From NCBI GenBank assembly GCA_008632985.1, contig QPGO01000066.1:62001-126000 (forward strand): a DNA stretch of 64,000 nt, given 5' to 3'. Of this stretch, positions 59,597-64,000 are shown in pieces (position 1 is the stretch's first letter; the number at the start of each line of letters is the position of its first letter). This DNA comes from Psammoneis japonica (Eukaryota). A program made the translations under genes and the position numbers. A model generated the notes under the pieces. That model made no database searches. It had not been told where the DNA came from and was given only the letters and a program-made list of their open reading frames with translations.

Positions 59597-60544
59597 CGTG
59601 CGACGGCGTACAGTATGCCGATTGCAATGATAGGGCTACAGTAGAGGCCATAGCACATGGCGAAAGCCCTCTGCCAATTAGTAGAACGCCTCGTATGTAG
59701 AATTTCTACTGAGACCTACACGATCGCTTCTTTTTCGATCATCGCTTTGCTTGTGCACACGAAATCTCAACTGATGTTTGCAATTTCGACAAGATTCCAG
59801 GTGCAAATCGATGCTTCTTTGCATTTTCTAAGGAGCTAACAACACTCAAAACGATCACAAAGAAGCAACAAAACAAAAATAGTTTACTTGACGATTTGGG
59901 GTGTTCGCACCCCAAGTAAAACTGTTTTTTCTTTGTCTCAAAAAAATTCCTCTGACGAGACTCTTCCTTGTGCACCCGATTGCTCAGTGGGAACACGTCG
60001 GATGAATGTGCACAGATGTGACATGGAGAGCTGAGAGGAAGAACTAAGGAGCCATCATGGCACATTTCGACTTGCAGGGTTTTTTTTGGAATGAATCATG
60101 CACACGCTTTGTGCTTTGGTGGGGTGGTGTTCACTGTCATGAAATGAAAACTGTGCCGGGCTGTTGACTGAGGCAAGACATGCAAAATTGATGAAGCACA
60201 TCCTCAAACACCTGGGATTCTTCTGTGCATGATCCCTCACACATCATAAAATGTGGCGCGGCTGTTTCTCCCACACAATTTTCACAACCAAGCAGCTGTC
60301 GACAATGGTCTTCACGAGTCAGAACCAGCCGCAACAGAGAAAAGGGTGCAGAGACGCGTTCCAGACGTGGGTGGGAATCCGTGTGACCTTGGGCCCGCAG
60401 AATTCCACATGCAAGCTCTGCAGCAAAATTGCAAGGCAATGGAAATGTCAATGATTGCCAACAGAAAATGAGGCAATTTTGCGAATGCACAAACCAGGCC
60501 ATGATTGACGAACATCATTTTTTACTTGGCCAGTTGCGTTCTTC

Positions 60545-61385
60545 AGACATTGTGGAAAACTGTCAATTGCAGTCTCCCAAGGAAATGGCACACAGGCAAA
60601 CAACAACAGCTCTGTCAAAAATCTGTTCACTCATCATCTCTGCCCACTGGAGCTGAGTCTCTGCAAGCCAAGTCATTGTGACAAAGCAGAAGCATCATCA
60701 ACTGCCTGCTGCTGCCTGCTGCAATCTCTTGCTGACTGGTGAACAGTGAAGAAGGAGGCCTTTTCCCTGCCACCATGAAGCCCAGCAACAAAAAGATGGC
60801 CCATGTGTCGTGTGCTGCATTGCACCCCTGCTGAGAGACAGGTCTGATTGGTCAATTGTTGCTGAGTGAACCAACACATGCCACTCAATTCTGCAGCATG
60901 AGGAGGCTGTGCGGCACAAAAGCACAACACAGCAGCAGCAGCAGCAGCAACAACAACAACAACAACAACAGAGCAGCTGGCAGGTGCGCCTGCACTGTGC
61001 GTGCACTCTGTGCTGTGGCTCTCCTGCTGGCACTGGGGCTGGCACCATCATGTGCCATCATGTTTTGCACGGGCACATCAAAGGATCTCACAGCCAAAAG
61101 ATGATGGAGCCACCAAAGTGAAGGGCCTCCCACATGCCCAAATGGATGGAAAAGTGGAGCTCATGCTTTGGGAGTTGTTCTTTCATGCCAAAATTCTTGA
61201 CCCACCAGCAGGTTCCCACTCCCACAAAATTGGTTTCATCTTCTTCCTTGGTTGCTGGCAGTGTGTTGCAAAGATTCACAGCAGGTGCGGCAGTCACCGG
61301 GGAGGCCTTTTCCTCCTGGTCCTGTGCCATGATGTGGAGCCCGTGCCTCAGTGCCAGCAAATTTGACCAAACCCACCTTGTGATG
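60545..61385. repeat. Dispersed repeat family, copy B (third partial copy at ~62060-62260)
   Basis: Colinear with 56460-57540. Contains a (CAG/CAA)n tract at ~60926-60970. Confidence 0.8.
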
Positions 61386-61774
61386 AATCAAGATGGCCAC
61401 TCAGGCACAACCCACCATGCCACCAATGAGTGAGTGTGTGAGGGAGACTCATGAGCTACAAAGGCCATGCCAATGGCTGGCCCAACACAGGAGGTTGCCA
61501 AACTCAGCAACACAAAGAGCAGAGGTCGGCCTGGGCCAGCACGGACCATGCCCAGTGGGAAATCTGGAGGAATTTGTTGTTGCACAAGCCCATGGCTCCA
61601 AAGCCAAGCCAATTGAATTCTGCCCATGAGCTCTGCAGCTCATGCTCTGGACAATGGGAGTGTTTGTCGTTGACACACAAACAAATGACTGAGTTTGTGG
61701 AGCATTTGCACCGCTTGATGCTTGCAATTTTTGAAAATCCCCACCTGCCCCCTTCACAGTTCTCAAGACAATCG

Positions 61775-61890
61775 AGAATTGATCTGAAGAAAAGGGGCAT
61801 TGGGAGATTGCTGGTTGTTGTCGGCCATTTCTGCAGTGGCAGAGTTTGACGGCACCATCAAACAGCTCTGTCGCAAGTCGCGAAAGCTAA
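61775..61890 (+). pseudogene. Calpain catalytic-domain fragment
   Basis: RIDLKKRG-(I)GDCWLLSAISAVAEFDGTIKQL matches the calpain QG.LGDCWLLSA active-site-Cys motif. The surrounding sequence is decayed. Confidence 0.55.
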
Positions 61891-62689
61891 CGAAAATGTG
61901 TTTTTCTGACATGAGAGAAGAAATCGAACATGCACACGATTGTGCAACAGCGGCATTCAGCATGTCAGGTTGTTGTGGTTTAGGAGTGCCTTCCTGCATG
62001 TTGGCAAAAACAGCAAAAAGGTTTTCTTGCCATCCTCGAGGGTGCAAGGTGCCATGCGACAGCATGACATGCTTCCTGTGGCACAGTTGCACCAGAATGT
62101 TCCCTGGCACCTTGCCATGCCGCTGCGATCTCTTGCTGACAAGTGAACAGCAAAGAAGGAGACCTTCCGCCACCACAAAGCCCAATGAAGGTGGCCCATC
62201 TGCTGGATTGCATTCCCAGACGATTTGATTGGTTGCTTGATGCTTCATGCGAAGTCAAAGGAACGACATGGATGACATGCATTCCAGGCCAAACGAGAAG
62301 AGTTGCGACTGCTCTCTTCATGTTGGGTGCGTGCAATTCCTTTGTTCAGGCACCCTCATCACTGGGTTTGCAGTCCACACAACTTCTGCAAAACGGCTCC
62401 ACAAGATCGTGATGCAGGCTTTGCACTTGAAAAAAGGTCATTCACACATTGTGGTGTGATTGCAAACAAAGCGGGACGGGTCAACATGTCTCACGTTGTT
62501 CGCTCTCACGTGTCTTTCTTTGTCGCTGGATTGGTCGCCCTGTCCTCAGCTCATCAGTCAGCAGAGAACAGCTCCACTTGAACATGTGCTCCCGACGACA
62601 AAGACCGCCAAAGATTTTTGCGGGGATCTTCTCCTTGCAGAGGAGACCAATGATCGTTGTGCCCTAAATCATCTGTGTCCGAACCCAAG

Positions 62690-63600
62690 CGCGGGGAGTT
62701 GCGCGCAGATGCCACAGCTGGCATTCTTTGGTTTCGACCAGCAAACCAATTGGCCGCAGCCTTCACCGCAACCAGACAAGGATCTGGGAGTGATGTGCGT
62801 TTGGCAATTCTGGCCTTGACGATCCTCATGCCCCATGTGGCAAGGGAAGTGGGATTCGCTTTATCCACAACAGTTGGGTTCACGCGAGGAAGGTCAAATT
62901 CGGTGTGACGGTCCACCATTGTGTGGTTGATTCCATCAACTGCAGCAGCGACCAAAGGATCAGGAGTGTTGTTGGCCGACACTGATTCCATGATGCTGTC
63001 ATTGAATGTCGATGTCGCGATGGCGCGAGCAAAAGTGGACAGCAGTGCCGTCACCATCACGACGTCTTGATGTGTGCATTCTGAGTCAGGTCCACGATGA
63101 TTCTGAAACAATTCTTGGTGTGTGGCCTCCGCGTCTGCGCCACCACGAGAACAGATCACAACACTGCATGAGCAATCCTCGTCTGGGTCAATTTCATCCC
63201 AATTAAGAACGTCGGTCAGGGACATGATCGGAACAATCAGAAGAAAAGGGACATTGTCCATGGCTTCTTTCTGAAATTTGAGTCTTGGCATGTTGCATTT
63301 GTTGTGTTTTAGGCCAGACTGGGAGACACGCTCGATTCTTCCATTGCTCAGCCTGTGCTCCACTCCTTTCACAAGTTTGAGATGAATCTCTGGACTCACA
63401 TTTTTCAGTCCCAGTGCAGCTTTGGAGACAAACCCACACGATTTGGATCCTCCTTTTGCATCGGAGATCACATGTGCTTTTTGAAAAATTCTGTGGCCAA
63501 GCAGATCTGTTGCCACATCACCGGTGCTGTTTGATTTTCCAGAAGAATTCTCACTGCGCCCTGGGGCTTTGGAACTTGCAAGGTCCAAACGAAGCTTCTC
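62690..63600 (-). pseudogene. Degenerate member of a repetitive diatom protein family (HNH-like inferred)
   Basis: KAHVI, SGLKHNKCN.PRL..Q...DNVPFLLIVPIMSL..V.NW and PDPCLVAVKAAANW. TpA-depleted and Tyr-free. Confidence 0.4.
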
Positions 63601-64000
63601 CTCTGAAAACACGGGCTGACACATCTTCGGCACAGACCGGCGGCGGATGGGTCCCAGGGCATCCACCCTGCTGTTGCTGCTGCACAAAGTGATCTGTGCT
63701 TTCTCGATGTTCCAGAAACTGTCGTAAAAGGAGAAATGGGCACCTTTCTGTCGCTGATCCTCCTCCACAGACGCGCTCCAGGTCCAGGTGGGACCTCGTG
63801 CTGCTGAACTGTGACATCGACAGTTTTTTGAATCGCGTCGTATGTCGCGCACGTAGATTTCTACGTGATTTTGGCGAAATTTTGCATCATTTTACAGTGC
63901 AAATGTCAGGCGATCCATTCAGCAACTTTTAATGTTTTTTTCTTCTACGCCATTCTCGAGTGTCTTAAGAATGGCGCAGGGCAGGCGTGTTGTCCAAAAC

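Noticed and set aside
60926..60970. Poly-Gln/poly-Cys coding tract
   Set aside because: A (CAG/CAA)n microsatellite expanded inside a decayed repeat copy; it is shorter in copy A at ~56960.

Overview
Eukaryotic genomic window, most likely from a diatom. This is inferred from short GT-AG introns, a bipartite plastid-targeting presequence, an SLC4 transporter and diatom-type transposon families. Islands of ordinary genes alternate with large repeat-rich blocks. The genes include a bacterial-like MGT glycosyltransferase, SLC4, GT77- and GT34-type glycosyltransferases, an ABC1 kinase, a TauD dioxygenase, a 2OG-type protein and small secreted proteins. The repeat blocks hold a PIF/Harbinger transposon, a ~10 kb Plavaka-like transposon with DOT1-like methyltransferase and 2OG-Fe(II) dioxygenase cargo, a decayed mucin-like leishmanolysin gene with a MITE insertion, a full-length Ngaro/DIRS tyrosine-recombinase retrotransposon and other relics. 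The most striking signal is that the repeat blocks have lost almost all TpA dinucleotides, apparently through TA>TG / TA>CA transitions. Conserved tyrosines (including the recombinase catalytic Tyr and the RT YVDD Tyr) now read Cys or His, and a splice-acceptor TAG reads TGG, while neighbouring single-copy genes are untouched. This looks like a repeat-targeted hypermutation running in the opposite direction to fungal RIP. All family calls come from motif recognition by eye; no database searches were run.
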